This document shows, in pieces, positions 1 to 10,043 of a stretch of 64,000 nucleotides of DNA (the first letter of the stretch is position 1; each line of letters opens with the position of its first letter). Source of the stretch: Rhodospirillaceae bacterium (GTDB taxonomy: Bacteria > Pseudomonadota > Alphaproteobacteria > CACIAM-22H2); the NCBI GenBank assembly GCA_027490975.1, contig JAIXXA010000145.1, forward strand, positions 5,723 to 69,722, read 5' to 3'. The notes beneath the pieces were generated by a model. It was not told the origin of the DNA and made no database searches. It worked only from the letters and a program-made list of their open reading frames with translations. The position numbers and the translations under genes were made by a program.

Positions 1-943
1 CGAGCGGCAGGCATTTCTCGTGCGCAAGCACGGCCTCGACAATCTGGTGCTGCTCGAAAAGAACATTCTCGACGTGGCGGAACTCGGCCGCGATTTCGAT
101 CTCATCGTCTCGACAGGCGTTCTGCACCATATGGGCGACCCGGACTCGGGCTTGCGCGCCCTTGCGGGCTGCCTGCGGCCCGAAGGCGTGCTCGACCTGA
201 TGGTCTACGGCAAGGGCTTGCGCGTGGGTGTCTACATGCTGCAAGAGGCGTTTCGCCTGCTCGGGCTCGATCAGTCCGCGCAGTCGGTCGAGATGGTCAA
301 GGCGGTGATCGGTGCCCTCCCCGCCCACCACACGGCCAACACCTACATCAACTCGACCAAGGACATGAAATTCGACGCCGGTATTGTCGACAGTTTTCTC
401 AATCCGGTGGACCGCGCCTACAGCGTGCCCGAGATCTACGCGTTTTGCGAAAACAACGGTCTCGCCTTCATGGCGTGGCAGGAGGGCTTCCGCTACAGCC
501 TTGCGGCGCGCTTTGCCGCCGATCATCCGATTCAGCGTCTCGCGGCAACGCTCGATGCGCGCACCGAAGCGCATGTGTGCGACCTGCTCACGCAAAGCCA
601 AGGCACCCACAGTTTCGTGGCAGCCCGGCCTGGCTATGTGGCGCGGACTCAGTTTGACATCGACGCAGCCGACTGGGCAAAAACGATCCCTGTCCGCCAT
701 CCGAGCCTTGTCGGTCCAACGGCCGAGGGCAACGCGCTGGCCTATGCGCGCGAGGGCCACCGGTTTTTCACGCCGAACGAAATCGGCCGCATCTTGGCGC
801 TGGTCGACGGGCAGCGCACGCTTGCCGACATCGAGATGCGCGCGGTCGCCGACGGCATCGTCGGGGCCGACGCCGCGCGCAAAATCGTGCATGCAGCGAT
901 CGCTCCCATGCTCGTCTACGGCCACGTCTTTGCGCTGTTCTAG
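1..943 (+). CDS. Class I SAM-dependent methyltransferase, 5'-truncated at window edge
   Basis: ORF open to position 1; post-motif-I methyltransferase motifs (DLIVSTGVLHHM, LRPEGVL); motif I missing so N-terminus lies upstream of the window. Confidence 0.6.
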   Translation, partial: ERQAFLVRKHGLDNLVLLEKNILDVAELGRDFDLIVSTGVLHHMGDPDSGLRALAGCLRPEGVLDLMVYGKGLRVGVYMLQEAFRLLGLDQSAQSVEMVKAVIGALPAHHTANTYINSTKDMKFDAGIVDSFLNPVDRAYSVPEIYAFCENNGLAFMAWQEGFRYSLAARFAADHPIQRLAATLDARTEAHVCDLLTQSQGTHSFVAARPGYVARTQFDIDAADWAKTIPVRHPSLVGPTAEGNALAYAREGHRFFTPNEIGRILALVDGQRTLADIEMRAVADGIVGADAARKIVHAAIAPMLVYGHVFALF

Positions 944-1977
944 AACTTCACCGACAGCGACACGGCCCCGAAGCGGTCGGCGTTGCGCTGGGTTTCGAAC
1001 TCGCGCGTGCGCACCACGTAGGTGAAGGTTGCGCGCACCGGTGCGACGATGGCGGCAAAACCGAACTGGATGTCGCCGACAAGCGGTCGCCGATCGACCG
1101 AATGGCTGTTCGCAAAACTGTTGCCGTCGAGCGTGATGTCGCGTGCGACCGCCCGCCCCTCGATGCCGACGAACCCGTAGAACGCGTAGGGCCGCTCGCG
1201 CGGCGTATCGAAATGCATCGAGCCCGCGAGGCCCGGGCGAATGCGCGGAGCGCCGTAGTCGGTCGACAGATTGTGGCCGATGCGCAGCGTGAGACCGGTG
1301 CCGGCATAGGTGAAGACGTTGCCGAGCGAAGCGCCGACATGCGGCGAGAAATCGCCCTCAATGCCGAGCAGCAGATCGGAGCGGCCGATATTGCGCCATT
1401 TGCGCTCGTAGAACAGCACCGCACCGGGCTCGTTGCGCAGCTGGTTGTTCCAGCCCTGCGGCACTTGTGCGCCGATCAGGCGATGGTATTCGCGTTGCGT
1501 TTCGCCGGCATAGCTTTGCGGGCCGACGATGCCGACATTGAGTTCGAGCGTGTCGAGGCGACCTTTGCCATCGTCGTCGCGGTCGCTGGTGATCGCCGCC
1601 CCCAGATAAGTCCAACCCGAATAGGGCCGGTCGCGCAGCTGCAGATCGCGCGCGACGATGTTTTCGGGCGTGTACATGTTCTGCCCTAGCGCATAGCCGA
1701 CGCGGGTGGTTCCGCCGTCCGGAAACATCGGGACCCAGGCTGCGAGCTCGCGGCCCCAGCGCGGCGTGGCACGCGGTTCGGAGATCCAGTTGAGGCGAAT
1801 GCCGTTGGTGAAGTTGCGGTCGGTCTGCTTGCTCTGGTCGAATGAGCCGAATTTGTCGTTCTCGACCACAATCGAAAGCGTTCCGGCTTGGGCGTCGGGC
1901 GCATTTTGGGCGCCCGCAAGCCCGGGTATCGTCAGGAACAACGCCGCTGTCGGCAAGAGACGGAAGAAAAAGCGCAT
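940..1977 (-). CDS. Outer-membrane beta-barrel protein, LpxR/DUF2219-like (possible lipid A deacylase)
   Basis: Internal Met followed by signal peptide (MRFFFRLLPTAALFLTIPGLAGA); C-terminal aromatic residue (…SVKF); alternating beta-strand pattern; the 555-aa track ORF is an upstream run-on. Confidence 0.5.
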   Translation of the reverse strand: MRFFFRLLPTAALFLTIPGLAGAQNAPDAQAGTLSIVVENDKFGSFDQSKQTDRNFTNGIRLNWISEPRATPRWGRELAAWVPMFPDGGTTRVGYALGQNMYTPENIVARDLQLRDRPYSGWTYLGAAITSDRDDDGKGRLDTLELNVGIVGPQSYAGETQREYHRLIGAQVPQGWNNQLRNEPGAVLFYERKWRNIGRSDLLLGIEGDFSPHVGASLGNVFTYAGTGLTLRIGHNLSTDYGAPRIRPGLAGSMHFDTPRERPYAFYGFVGIEGRAVARDITLDGNSFANSHSVDRRPLVGDIQFGFAAIVAPVRATFTYVVRTREFETQRNADRFGAVSLSVKF

Positions 1978-2024
1978 ATCGACCTTGCCGAGCGAACGCG
2001 CCAGGCGTTGGATTTGTTCCCGCA

Positions 2025-3128
2025 CTAGGCTTGCGCCGCGCTCTGGAGCGTCGTGAAGGCCGATATCAGCACGGCCTTGCGGTCGAGATTGAGCCCTTCG
2101 CCTGCGCTGCCGAGGCGCCCAAGCTTGTCCCACGCCTCGACCCACGGCAACGGCCCGCGGCGTGCACAGCGGGCGGCAAGCTGGGCTTCGGCCGCGAGGC
2201 TGCGTGCGTCGCCGGCGGCAATTCGCGCAAGACGATGGACGATGCCGCCCATCAGGTCGAGCGCGGTGCGCAAGCCCGTTTGCGCTTCCTCGCCTTTGCG
2301 GCCGAGCCCGTCGGCAAAACCCTGCACGGCCCCGTAATCGAGCTGCGGCAGTCCTGCCAAAAGATCGAGAAGCTTCTGGTAGAGGGCAGCCCCACCGCGA
2401 TCGGCAAGCTCGATCGCACGACCGATCGAGCCCTCGCACAAACCCATCAGCAAAGCCCGTTCGTCGGCCGCCAACGCCGGGCGATAAAGCTGCAGCAGCC
2501 GATCGACCTCGTCGCTCGGCAGGGGCTGCAGAAAAAGAGCACGGCAGCGCGAGCGGATCGTCGGCAGCAAGCGGCCCGGCGCGTTCGACACCAGGATCAG
2601 CAGGCAATTGGGCGACGGCTCTTCGAGCGCTTTAAGGAGCGCGTTGGCGGCCGGCATATTCATGTCTTCGGCCGTATCGACCACGACGACGCGCCAACCC
2701 CCTTCGGCAGCCGTGCGATGCAAAAGATCGACCGCACGCCGTACCCAGTAGACGGTGATGTCTTCGGACGGTTTGTTCTGCCGCTCAGGCTGCGCCATGC
2801 CCGAGGTGAGAGTCATCATGTCGGCATGGCCCTCGGCTGCCACGCGGCGGAAAACCGGATGGTCGGGCGCAAGGGCGAGCGTCGTCGGTTTGGCGGGCGG
2901 GCCGCCGAACAGGCCGCCGCTTTCGCCTCCCCCTTGCGCCAGTGCGAAGCGCGCGAACCGGAAGGCGAGCGTGGCCTTGCCCACGCCGCGCGGGCCTGCG
3001 ATCAGCCAAGCATGCGGCAGGCGCCCCGAATTCCACGCCGACAGCAAGGTTGCTTCGGCAGCCGGATGGCCGCGCAAATCGGGATTGGCCCGGGGATCGG
3101 GCGACTGGGTTTGGTTTTCGGGATTCAC
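2025..3128 (-). CDS. holB: DNA polymerase III subunit delta'
   Basis: AAA+ clamp-loader N-terminus (LIAGPRGVGKATLAFRFARFAL); 4-nt overlap with tmk. Confidence 0.85.
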   Translation of the reverse strand: MNPENQTQSPDPRANPDLRGHPAAEATLLSAWNSGRLPHAWLIAGPRGVGKATLAFRFARFALAQGGGESGGLFGGPPAKPTTLALAPDHPVFRRVAAEGHADMMTLTSGMAQPERQNKPSEDITVYWVRRAVDLLHRTAAEGGWRVVVVDTAEDMNMPAANALLKALEEPSPNCLLILVSNAPGRLLPTIRSRCRALFLQPLPSDEVDRLLQLYRPALAADERALLMGLCEGSIGRAIELADRGGAALYQKLLDLLAGLPQLDYGAVQGFADGLGRKGEEAQTGLRTALDLMGGIVHRLARIAAGDARSLAAEAQLAARCARRGPLPWVEAWDKLGRLGSAGEGLNLDRKAVLISAFTTLQSAAQA

Positions 3129-3793
3129 GGCGCGAGCTTAACCCCAAACCGCTTGCCCACCAGCATGGCAATACGGGCCGCCACCTGGTTTTCGCTGCCG
3201 CTTGCATCGACAAGCGCGCAGCGCTTGGGGGCTGCCCGTGCAATTGCCCGAAATCCTTGGCGCAGTCGCTTGTGGAACGCGATGTCCATGCGCTCGTACC
3301 GCGTTTCGGCGCCGGCGCGCGACAGTGCCCGCTTGAGCCCGATTTCGACCGGCAGGTCGAACATCAAGGTGAGGTCGGGTTGCAGGTTTCCCAGCACAAG
3401 ACGATGCAGTTTTCGGACAAATTCGGGCCCCAACCGGTGCCCATAGCCCTGATACGCCATCGTTGAATCGGCAAAGCGGTCGCACAGCACCCAGCGCCCG
3501 GCTGCGAGTGCAGGCGCGATCGCACGGCGCACATGCTCGAGGCGCTGCGCATAGTTGAGAAGTGCCTCGCTCTCGGGCTGCCAAGTGCCCGGCTCGCCTT
3601 CGACCAGCAATTGTCGGATCGCGTTTGCTTGGGCGAGCAGCCCCGGCGCTGCGCCTGGCTCGCGTGTGACAAGTACATCGACCCCGGCCGCAGCAAGGGA
3701 GGCGGCAAGGCGGCGAATCTGCGTCGATTTGCCGACCCCTTCCCCGCCCTCGAATGTAACAAACCTTCCTTTATTGGAAGGCTTTAGGGTCAT
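3125..3793 (-). CDS. tmk: Thymidylate kinase
   Basis: P-loop FVTFEGGEGVGKST, LID region, conserved tmk-holB order. Confidence 0.9.
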   Translation of the reverse strand: MTLKPSNKGRFVTFEGGEGVGKSTQIRRLAASLAAAGVDVLVTREPGAAPGLLAQANAIRQLLVEGEPGTWQPESEALLNYAQRLEHVRRAIAPALAAGRWVLCDRFADSTMAYQGYGHRLGPEFVRKLHRLVLGNLQPDLTLMFDLPVEIGLKRALSRAGAETRYERMDIAFHKRLRQGFRAIARAAPKRCALVDASGSENQVAARIAMLVGKRFGVKLAP

Positions 3794-5019
3794 TTCTTCG
3801 CACCGAATATGAGGTAATTGACCGCCGCTCCCAAACGCCCCGAATAGCCCAGCCGGTCAACGCCTTCCTGGGCCACCAGCGGCACTTCGACCGTCGGCAC
3901 GCCGGGTGCCGTCAGTGTGATACGGCCGATCTGTTGGCCCGGTAGAACCGGTGCTGGGACGGGCGAATCGTAGCTGATCTTGGCCTGCAGCTGGTTGCGC
4001 AAGCGCCGCGGCATGGTGATGGCCACGTCTTGGCCCGCGAGCAGCGGCACGCTCGATTTGAGGCCAAGCCAGATGTCGGCCCGGTCGATCTCCTGGCCGG
4101 CCGAAAACACGCGGTAGGTCTGGAACTCGCGGAACGCCCAATCGATCATGCGTTCGGACTCTTCGGCGCGCAGCCGCATCGACGCCCAGCCGTTGAACAC
4201 AGCGATCACGCGCCGGCCGTCGCGGGTGGCCGAGGCGGTGAGCCCGTAGCCGGCCGCTTCCGTATGGCCGGTCTTGATGCCGTCCGCCCCCATATTGCGG
4301 TAGAGCAGCGGATTGCGGTTGCCTTGCGTGATCTCGCGGCCCGTGCGCTCGTCGCGGCCGAAGGTGAAATTGAGCTGCCGGTAGTAGCCGTAATACTCGG
4401 GGTGGTCGTCGATGACGCGGCGCGCCAGCGTGGCAAGATCGCGCGCGGTTGTGTAGTGGTCGGGATCGGGCCAGCCGGTGGCGTTGCGGAAGTTCGTGTT
4501 GGCGAGGCCGAGATTGCGGCCGACCACGTTCATGCGTTCGGCAAATGCCTCTTCGCTGCCTGCCAGCGCTTCGGCCAGCACGATGCAGGCGTCGTTGCCG
4601 GACTGTATGATCATGCCCTTGATCAGGTCCTCGACCTTGACGCGCCCGTTGAGCGGTACGAACATTTTTGAGCCCTGCATGCGCCAGGCGCGTTCGGACA
4701 CGGGCAGCATGTCGTCGAGCGCAAGCTGCTTGTTCTTGAGCGCCTCGAAGACCATGTAGGCGGTCATGATCTTGCTCATCGACGACGGCGGCATGCGCTC
4801 GTCGGCGCTGCGCTCGAACATCACGAAGCCGGTCTGATAGTCGACCACGATCGCCTGCCGAGCGGTGATGTCGGGCATCGCATCCGGATTGACCGGCGCG
4901 CGCGGCTGGGCCGCAGGCGCCGCTGGGCGCGCATTTTGGCGCTGCTGCGCCGGATTCTGCGCAAGCGCCGCGCTCGAAACAAAAACAAGGCTTGCCGCGA
5001 CAACGAGATGCCGGATCAT
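3790..5019 (-). CDS. dacC: D-alanyl-D-alanine carboxypeptidase (PBP5/6 family)
   Basis: Signal peptide; SxxK active site (SMSKIMTAY), SGN and KTG motifs. Confidence 0.85.
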   Translation of the reverse strand: MIRHLVVAASLVFVSSAALAQNPAQQRQNARPAAPAAQPRAPVNPDAMPDITARQAIVVDYQTGFVMFERSADERMPPSSMSKIMTAYMVFEALKNKQLALDDMLPVSERAWRMQGSKMFVPLNGRVKVEDLIKGMIIQSGNDACIVLAEALAGSEEAFAERMNVVGRNLGLANTNFRNATGWPDPDHYTTARDLATLARRVIDDHPEYYGYYRQLNFTFGRDERTGREITQGNRNPLLYRNMGADGIKTGHTEAAGYGLTASATRDGRRVIAVFNGWASMRLRAEESERMIDWAFREFQTYRVFSAGQEIDRADIWLGLKSSVPLLAGQDVAITMPRRLRNQLQAKISYDSPVPAPVLPGQQIGRITLTAPGVPTVEVPLVAQEGVDRLGYSGRLGAAVNYLIFGAKK

Positions 5020-5031
5020 TTTTTTGCTCCG

Positions 5032-6318
5032 TCAATCGACGACGATGCGCGCTTCGGGCACATCGGCGGCCATCTGATCGAGGACTTTATCCGCTTCGCC
5101 GACATCGGCAAGCGGCCCCACGCGGACACGAAAGACCTGCGCGCCATTGACCGTTGCGGGCAGCACCCGCGCCGATCCGTAGCGCGACAGGCGCACCGAC
5201 AGACGATAGGCGTTTTCGTAGTTTCCGAAAGACCCGGCTTGTACCCACAGATTGGTGCGCAGGGCCTGGCCTTGCGTCAGCGTCGGGCGCGCGGTTGCCT
5301 GCTGCTCGACCGGCAGGGCGGCAACTTCGACCGAACCGCCCGCATTGCGCGGTACGGCGGGAACTGGCGGGCCAGCGACCGCTTGGTTGTTGCGGCCCGT
5401 CGCCGGCTGGGCCGGGCGGGCTGCCGGGGCGGCACTGGGTGCTGGCGGCACAGGATCGTTGGCCGCTTGCGTTTGGATCGGCGCCGCCTGGCGCGCCAAC
5501 GGGGCTTGGGTCTCGCGCGGGCGCCCCTGGCGCGTGGTCGGCTGGGCGGCGCGCGCTGGGTCGGTGCGCGCGCTCGGCAGGGTCGCCGAAGGCGGCGGAA
5601 GGGCCGCCGCTTGCGTGCGCGTTTCGCGCGCACCGGGCGGGGGCGGCAGCGCATCGGACACCACAGCCGTGCGCGGAACCGCGGCAACCGTCTGGTTTTC
5701 GTCGCGGCCCGTGAGGGCGGCCTTGAGGCGCTGGCTTTCCTCGGCCTGGATTTCGACGCGCACGCGCGCCGTCCCCTGCCCTTCGAAGCCCAGCAGCTGT
5801 GCGGCCCGGCGCGACACGTCGATGATACGACCGCGCGCAAACGGCCCGCGATCGTTGACGCGCAGCACGATCGAGCGGCCGTTTTCGAGATTGGTCACGC
5901 GCACGAGGCTCGGCATCGGCAAAGTGGTGTGGGCGGCCGTCAGCGCGTTCATGTCGTAAAGCTCGCCGTTGGCCGTGAGCCTGCCGTGGAAATCGATGCC
6001 GCTGCGTTCGCCGCCGTAGAACGACGCGATGCCGCTTTCGGCATAGGACCAATCCTCGGCCGGATAGTACCAGGTTCCGGCGATCTGGTAGGGCTCGCCG
6101 ACCTTGTACACGCCCTGCGGCCGTACGGGCGGCGAGGCGGCCTGATCGGTCGCGGGGCCCTGGATCTTTTTGACCGCATTCACGCCGAATTTGAGCTCGG
6201 CGCAAGCACCCAGCACCAGCGTTGCCGCTGACACGGCGAAAATCGCCCGAAGACGCTTGGCTGACGCAGTCACGATGCCCAAAACCCCTGGATCTGCGCC
6301 CGAATCGATGCGGCGCAA
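5032..6318 (-). CDS. rlpA: Septal ring lytic transglycosylase RlpA (DPBB + SPOR)
   Basis: Lipoprotein-like N-terminus, double-psi beta-barrel core (SFYGGE…NDRGPF), proline-rich linker, C-terminal SPOR. Confidence 0.8.
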   Translation of the reverse strand: MRRIDSGADPGVLGIVTASAKRLRAIFAVSAATLVLGACAELKFGVNAVKKIQGPATDQAASPPVRPQGVYKVGEPYQIAGTWYYPAEDWSYAESGIASFYGGERSGIDFHGRLTANGELYDMNALTAAHTTLPMPSLVRVTNLENGRSIVLRVNDRGPFARGRIIDVSRRAAQLLGFEGQGTARVRVEIQAEESQRLKAALTGRDENQTVAAVPRTAVVSDALPPPPGARETRTQAAALPPPSATLPSARTDPARAAQPTTRQGRPRETQAPLARQAAPIQTQAANDPVPPAPSAAPAARPAQPATGRNNQAVAGPPVPAVPRNAGGSVEVAALPVEQQATARPTLTQGQALRTNLWVQAGSFGNYENAYRLSVRLSRYGSARVLPATVNGAQVFRVRVGPLADVGEADKVLDQMAADVPEARIVVD

Positions 6319-6336
6319 GCGATACTCATCAAAAAG

Positions 6337-7323
6337 CTAAACTTCGCCAATCGCGTCGGCAAGCAGTCCGACGGAGGCGGCGAAATTGACCGAGCGGTTC
6401 CAACGCATGATCACGCGGAAATTCGGATAGACGAGGAAAGCGCGCGTCCCCTCGCCATCCGGCTGGGCGATCGCCGCGCGAAGATCGCGCGTCGGCAAGT
6501 CGCGTCCGTCCGGCAGGCGCACGCCGAGCGCCTGCCATTCGCCAAGCGGCTTCCAGACATTGTTGTGGTCGACGAGGGCGCGCTCGAAGCCTGCCGGCAG
6601 CTGCGCCTGGCGGCCCCAGGTTTCGTCGGACTTCCAACCGACTCTAACGAGATAATTGGCGATCGAGGCGAAAACGTCGGCGCGCGTGTTCCAGATATCG
6701 GCTTTGCCGTCGCCATCGAAATCGACCGCATAGGCCAGATACGACGACGGCATGAACTGGCTCTGCCCCATCGCCCCCGCCCACGAGCCGCGCATCTCCG
6801 ACGGGTTCATCACGCCTTTGTCGGCAATGCGCAACGCGTTGAGCAGCTCCTCGCGGAAAAACGCCGAGCGCCGCCCATCGTAGGCAAGCGTGGCAAGGGC
6901 CGCAAAAACGTTGTGCCCGCCGGTCAGGCGCCCGAAATCGGTCTCGACCGCCCACAGTGCGACGATGAAGCGCGGCTGCACAGGATAGCGCTGCACGACC
7001 TGCCCCAAAAGCGCGCTGTTTTCGGCCAAGCGACTGCGTCCGGTATCGATGCGCACGCGATTGACCACGCGCGCGAAATACTGCTCGAAGGTGAGGCGCA
7101 CCTCGGGCTGGGCGCGGTCGAGTTCGAGAATGCGCGGCAGCGGTGCGACCCCTGCGAAAGCCTGGTCGAGCGTGGTGCGTCTGAGGCCCTTCTGCAGCGC
7201 TTCCTCGCGAAAGCCGCGCAGCCACGCATCGAACGGCATGTCGTTGGCAAAGGCGTTCGTCGGCAGGGCAGCTGCAGCCGCCATTCCCGCCAGCACAGAA
7301 CGCCGACTCGTCGGGTAATCCAT
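6337..7323 (-). CDS. Lytic murein transglycosylase, MltB family
   Basis: Tat-like signal (SRRSVLAG) at internal Met; MltB family motifs; start moved from the track ORF to MDYPTS. Confidence 0.75.
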   Translation of the reverse strand: MDYPTSRRSVLAGMAAAAALPTNAFANDMPFDAWLRGFREEALQKGLRRTTLDQAFAGVAPLPRILELDRAQPEVRLTFEQYFARVVNRVRIDTGRSRLAENSALLGQVVQRYPVQPRFIVALWAVETDFGRLTGGHNVFAALATLAYDGRRSAFFREELLNALRIADKGVMNPSEMRGSWAGAMGQSQFMPSSYLAYAVDFDGDGKADIWNTRADVFASIANYLVRVGWKSDETWGRQAQLPAGFERALVDHNNVWKPLGEWQALGVRLPDGRDLPTRDLRAAIAQPDGEGTRAFLVYPNFRVIMRWNRSVNFAASVGLLADAIGEV

Positions 7324-7460
7324 GGCTATCAACTGCCATGCCGCAGCCACACGATGCAATCGACGAATTGTTGCCGTTTGCGACGGTGCTGCATGTTGCG
7401 CAAGTCATGGAAAAGAGGCACTTTCCGGACGTTTCGCGAAACTCGACAAGGTTGGTTCCC

Positions 7461-8270
7461 ATGGGTGTTGCCGTCGTTATCCCCGCCCGGTTTGCTTCGA
7501 CCCGCTTTCCGGGCAAGCCATTGGCCCTGGTCGCTGGCGTGCCGATGCTGGCGCGCGTCTGGGCGATCGCCAAGGCGGCAGCGGGTGTGGACCGCGTCGT
7601 GGTCGCAACGGACGATGCGCGCATCGCCCACGCTGTAGCGGCTTTCGGCGGCGAAGCGGTGATGACGCCCGAATCCTGCCGCAACGGCACCGAGCGCACG
7701 AAGGCGGCCGTCGATGCGCTCGATCTGCGCGCGGAAGCGATCGTCAATCTTCAGGGCGATGCCGTGCTCACCCCGCCCTGGGCGATCGGCGCCTTGGCCG
7801 CGGCGATGCTCTCGAACCCGCAGATTCGCATCGCCACTTTGGCCACGAAAATGTCGGCCGACGCCTATGCGGCCCTCAAGCGCCAGAAGGCCGACGGCCA
7901 AGCCGGCGGCACAACCGTGACCTTCGACCGTTTCGGCGACGCGATGTATTTTTCCAAAAGCCTGATCCCCTTCGTCAAGAAGACCGACGGCGATCCGCCG
8001 CTCTACCGCCATATCGGCATCTACGCCTACCGGCGCGACGCCCTTGCCGACTATGTCGGCTTTCCGATGGGCCCGTTCGAGCGCGCCGAAGAGCTCGAAC
8101 AGCTGCGCGCCCTCGAGAACGGCATGCGCATGCGCGTGGTGCAGTGCGACTATCGCGGCCGCACGCATTGGTCGATCGACAGCTCGAGCGATCTCGTCGA
8201 GGCCGAGGCGATCATCGCGCGCGAGGGCGAGCTTCTTGCCCGCTACGACGGCACGCAGAGGCTCGTCTGA
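7461..8270 (+). CDS. kdsB: 3-deoxy-manno-octulosonate cytidylyltransferase
   Basis: N-terminal VVIPARFASTRFPGKPL motif; start placed at internal ATG 7461. Confidence 0.85.
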   Translation: MGVAVVIPARFASTRFPGKPLALVAGVPMLARVWAIAKAAAGVDRVVVATDDARIAHAVAAFGGEAVMTPESCRNGTERTKAAVDALDLRAEAIVNLQGDAVLTPPWAIGALAAAMLSNPQIRIATLATKMSADAYAALKRQKADGQAGGTTVTFDRFGDAMYFSKSLIPFVKKTDGDPPLYRHIGIYAYRRDALADYVGFPMGPFERAEELEQLRALENGMRMRVVQCDYRGRTHWSIDSSSDLVEAEAIIAREGELLARYDGTQRLV

Positions 8271-8917
8271 TGCGCCGCCTGCTCCTCGTGCGCCACGGCA
8301 ACACGTTCGAAGACGGCGTAGTGCCCACGCGCGTCGGTTCGCGCTCCGACCTCGCACTCACGCAGAAGGGTGTAGCGCAAGCGCTGACGTTCGCCGCCGC
8401 CGTGCGTACGGCCGGTCTGTGCGTGGGACCGTTTTTGGCGGGGCCGCTCCAGCGCACGCGCGATTTTCTCGCACGCGGGTTCGACGCGACGCCGACGCTC
8501 GATGCGCGGCTGCGCGAAATCGACTACGGCGACTGGGAGGGACTGACCGACGCCGAGATCGCCGCCCGCGTTGGGGCCGCCATGCTCGAGGATTGGAACC
8601 GGCGATGCGTGTGGCCGCACGGACAGAACTGGGCGCCCGACGAAGCGGCACTTGCCGCCGGTGCGGCATTGCTGGTGCTGGAACTCGCGCATGGGTCGCC
8701 GCGGTGCCTGCCGATACTGTGCAGCTCGCAAGGGGTGCTGCGCTATTTCGCCAAACTCGACGCGACGTTCTTCGTGCAGGCCCAGCGCGACAGCAAACTT
8801 GGCGTTGCGACCGGCGCCTGTTGTGGCGTGCGCCTAGCGCCGTCGGGCGCGCTCACCGTCGATTTCTGGAACGACAAACCGGACGCCGCAAGACTTGCGG
8901 CGTGGGCGCATGCTTAG
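8270..8917 (+). CDS. Histidine phosphatase (phosphoglycerate mutase-like) family protein
   Basis: LLLVRHGNT RHG motif at start; ATG overlaps kdsB stop (TGATG). Confidence 0.75.
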   Translation: MRRLLLVRHGNTFEDGVVPTRVGSRSDLALTQKGVAQALTFAAAVRTAGLCVGPFLAGPLQRTRDFLARGFDATPTLDARLREIDYGDWEGLTDAEIAARVGAAMLEDWNRRCVWPHGQNWAPDEAALAAGAALLVLELAHGSPRCLPILCSSQGVLRYFAKLDATFFVQAQRDSKLGVATGACCGVRLAPSGALTVDFWNDKPDAARLAAWAHA

Positions 8918-8932
8918 GCGCGAACCGTAGCC

Positions 8933-10030
8933 CTATTTCGCCAATTGGAGTTTGAGGATCACGGCGGCACCGGTCCGTGTGTCGGCGAGCGACAGGTTGC
9001 CGCCCATGCGAGCTGCCAAGCGTTTGGAGATCGCGAGGCCAAGGCCCGTGCCCTTGTGCGTCGCGACAGCATCGGGATCCTGCGCATAGGCTTCGCCGAA
9101 TTTCGCGCGCATGAAATCCGAAAATCCCGGGCCCTGGTCGCGAACGGTGATGCAGGCGTGATGCGCTGTGCGCGCTGCGTCGAGCAGTACGGGCTTGCCG
9201 TTCGGGCTCATCTTGATTGCGTTCGAAAGCAAATTGAGAACGATCTGCAAAAGGCTGCGTCTTTCGCCGACGGCGCGCAGTCGTTGGTCCGCCGAATGGC
9301 GGACGATTTCCACGCCTGCAGCCGCGGCGATGGGGAGCACAGTCCGCGCCGCTTCGTCGAGCACCTCGTCGATTTCGACGATCTTGTCGCCGGTCGGATC
9401 CGCCCCGCTTTCGGCACGGCTGAGATCGAGCAGATCGTCGATCAGGCTCAGCAGATGGTGCGCCGATCTGCCGATGTCGCCCGCGTAGCTCTTGTAGCGT
9501 GCATTGCCGACGGGCCCGAAAAGCTCCATTGCCATGATATCGGAAAAGCCGATGATGGCGTTGAGCGGTGTGCGCATCTCGTGGCTCATCGAAGCGAAGA
9601 ACAGCGCTTTCGCGCGCTGTGCGGCTTCGGCGCGCTCGAGCGCATTTTGCGTGTCGCGTCGCGCGGTCTGGATCTCGCGCTCGAAACGGCGCCTTTCGCG
9701 GATCGCGAAAAACGAAAAGACGAACTCGTCCGATGGCGTCAGTTTTCCGTGCATCAAGCACGGAACTTCGACGCCCGCCCTGCCGACGAGATTGCACGCG
9801 ATCTCGTCGATCTTGCCGGCCGTCAACAGCACCGGCAGAACTCGGCTTTCGAGAAAAATCTTGCCGCCGACGTCGAAGAGATCGCCGATCGACATTTTTT
9901 CCACGATGTCGGTTTCTGCAAGTTCGACGAGATCGAGGAGCGTGCGGTTCACGCGCCGGATGATGCGGTCGTAGTTGCACACCACGTAGCCGCACGGCGC
10001 TTCGTTGAAATAGTCGAAGAGAGCGCTCAT
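8933..10030 (-). CDS. Cytoplasmic PAS-sensor histidine kinase
   Basis: N-terminal PAS-like fold, intact H-box (SHEMRTPLNAI), N-box (LLSNAIKMS), G1 (DQGPGF), G2 (GTGLGL); start at internal ATG (MSALFDYF). Confidence 0.8.
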   Translation of the reverse strand: MSALFDYFNEAPCGYVVCNYDRIIRRVNRTLLDLVELAETDIVEKMSIGDLFDVGGKIFLESRVLPVLLTAGKIDEIACNLVGRAGVEVPCLMHGKLTPSDEFVFSFFAIRERRRFEREIQTARRDTQNALERAEAAQRAKALFFASMSHEMRTPLNAIIGFSDIMAMELFGPVGNARYKSYAGDIGRSAHHLLSLIDDLLDLSRAESGADPTGDKIVEIDEVLDEAARTVLPIAAAAGVEIVRHSADQRLRAVGERRSLLQIVLNLLSNAIKMSPNGKPVLLDAARTAHHACITVRDQGPGFSDFMRAKFGEAYAQDPDAVATHKGTGLGLAISKRLAARMGGNLSLADTRTGAAVILKLQLAK

Positions 10031-10043
10031 CGCCGGCCGTCCT

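Noticed and set aside
1842-3446. 534-aa plus-strand ORF across holB/tmk region
   Set aside because: Antisense to well-supported holB and tmk; Arg/Ala-rich composition typical of out-of-frame translation in high-GC DNA
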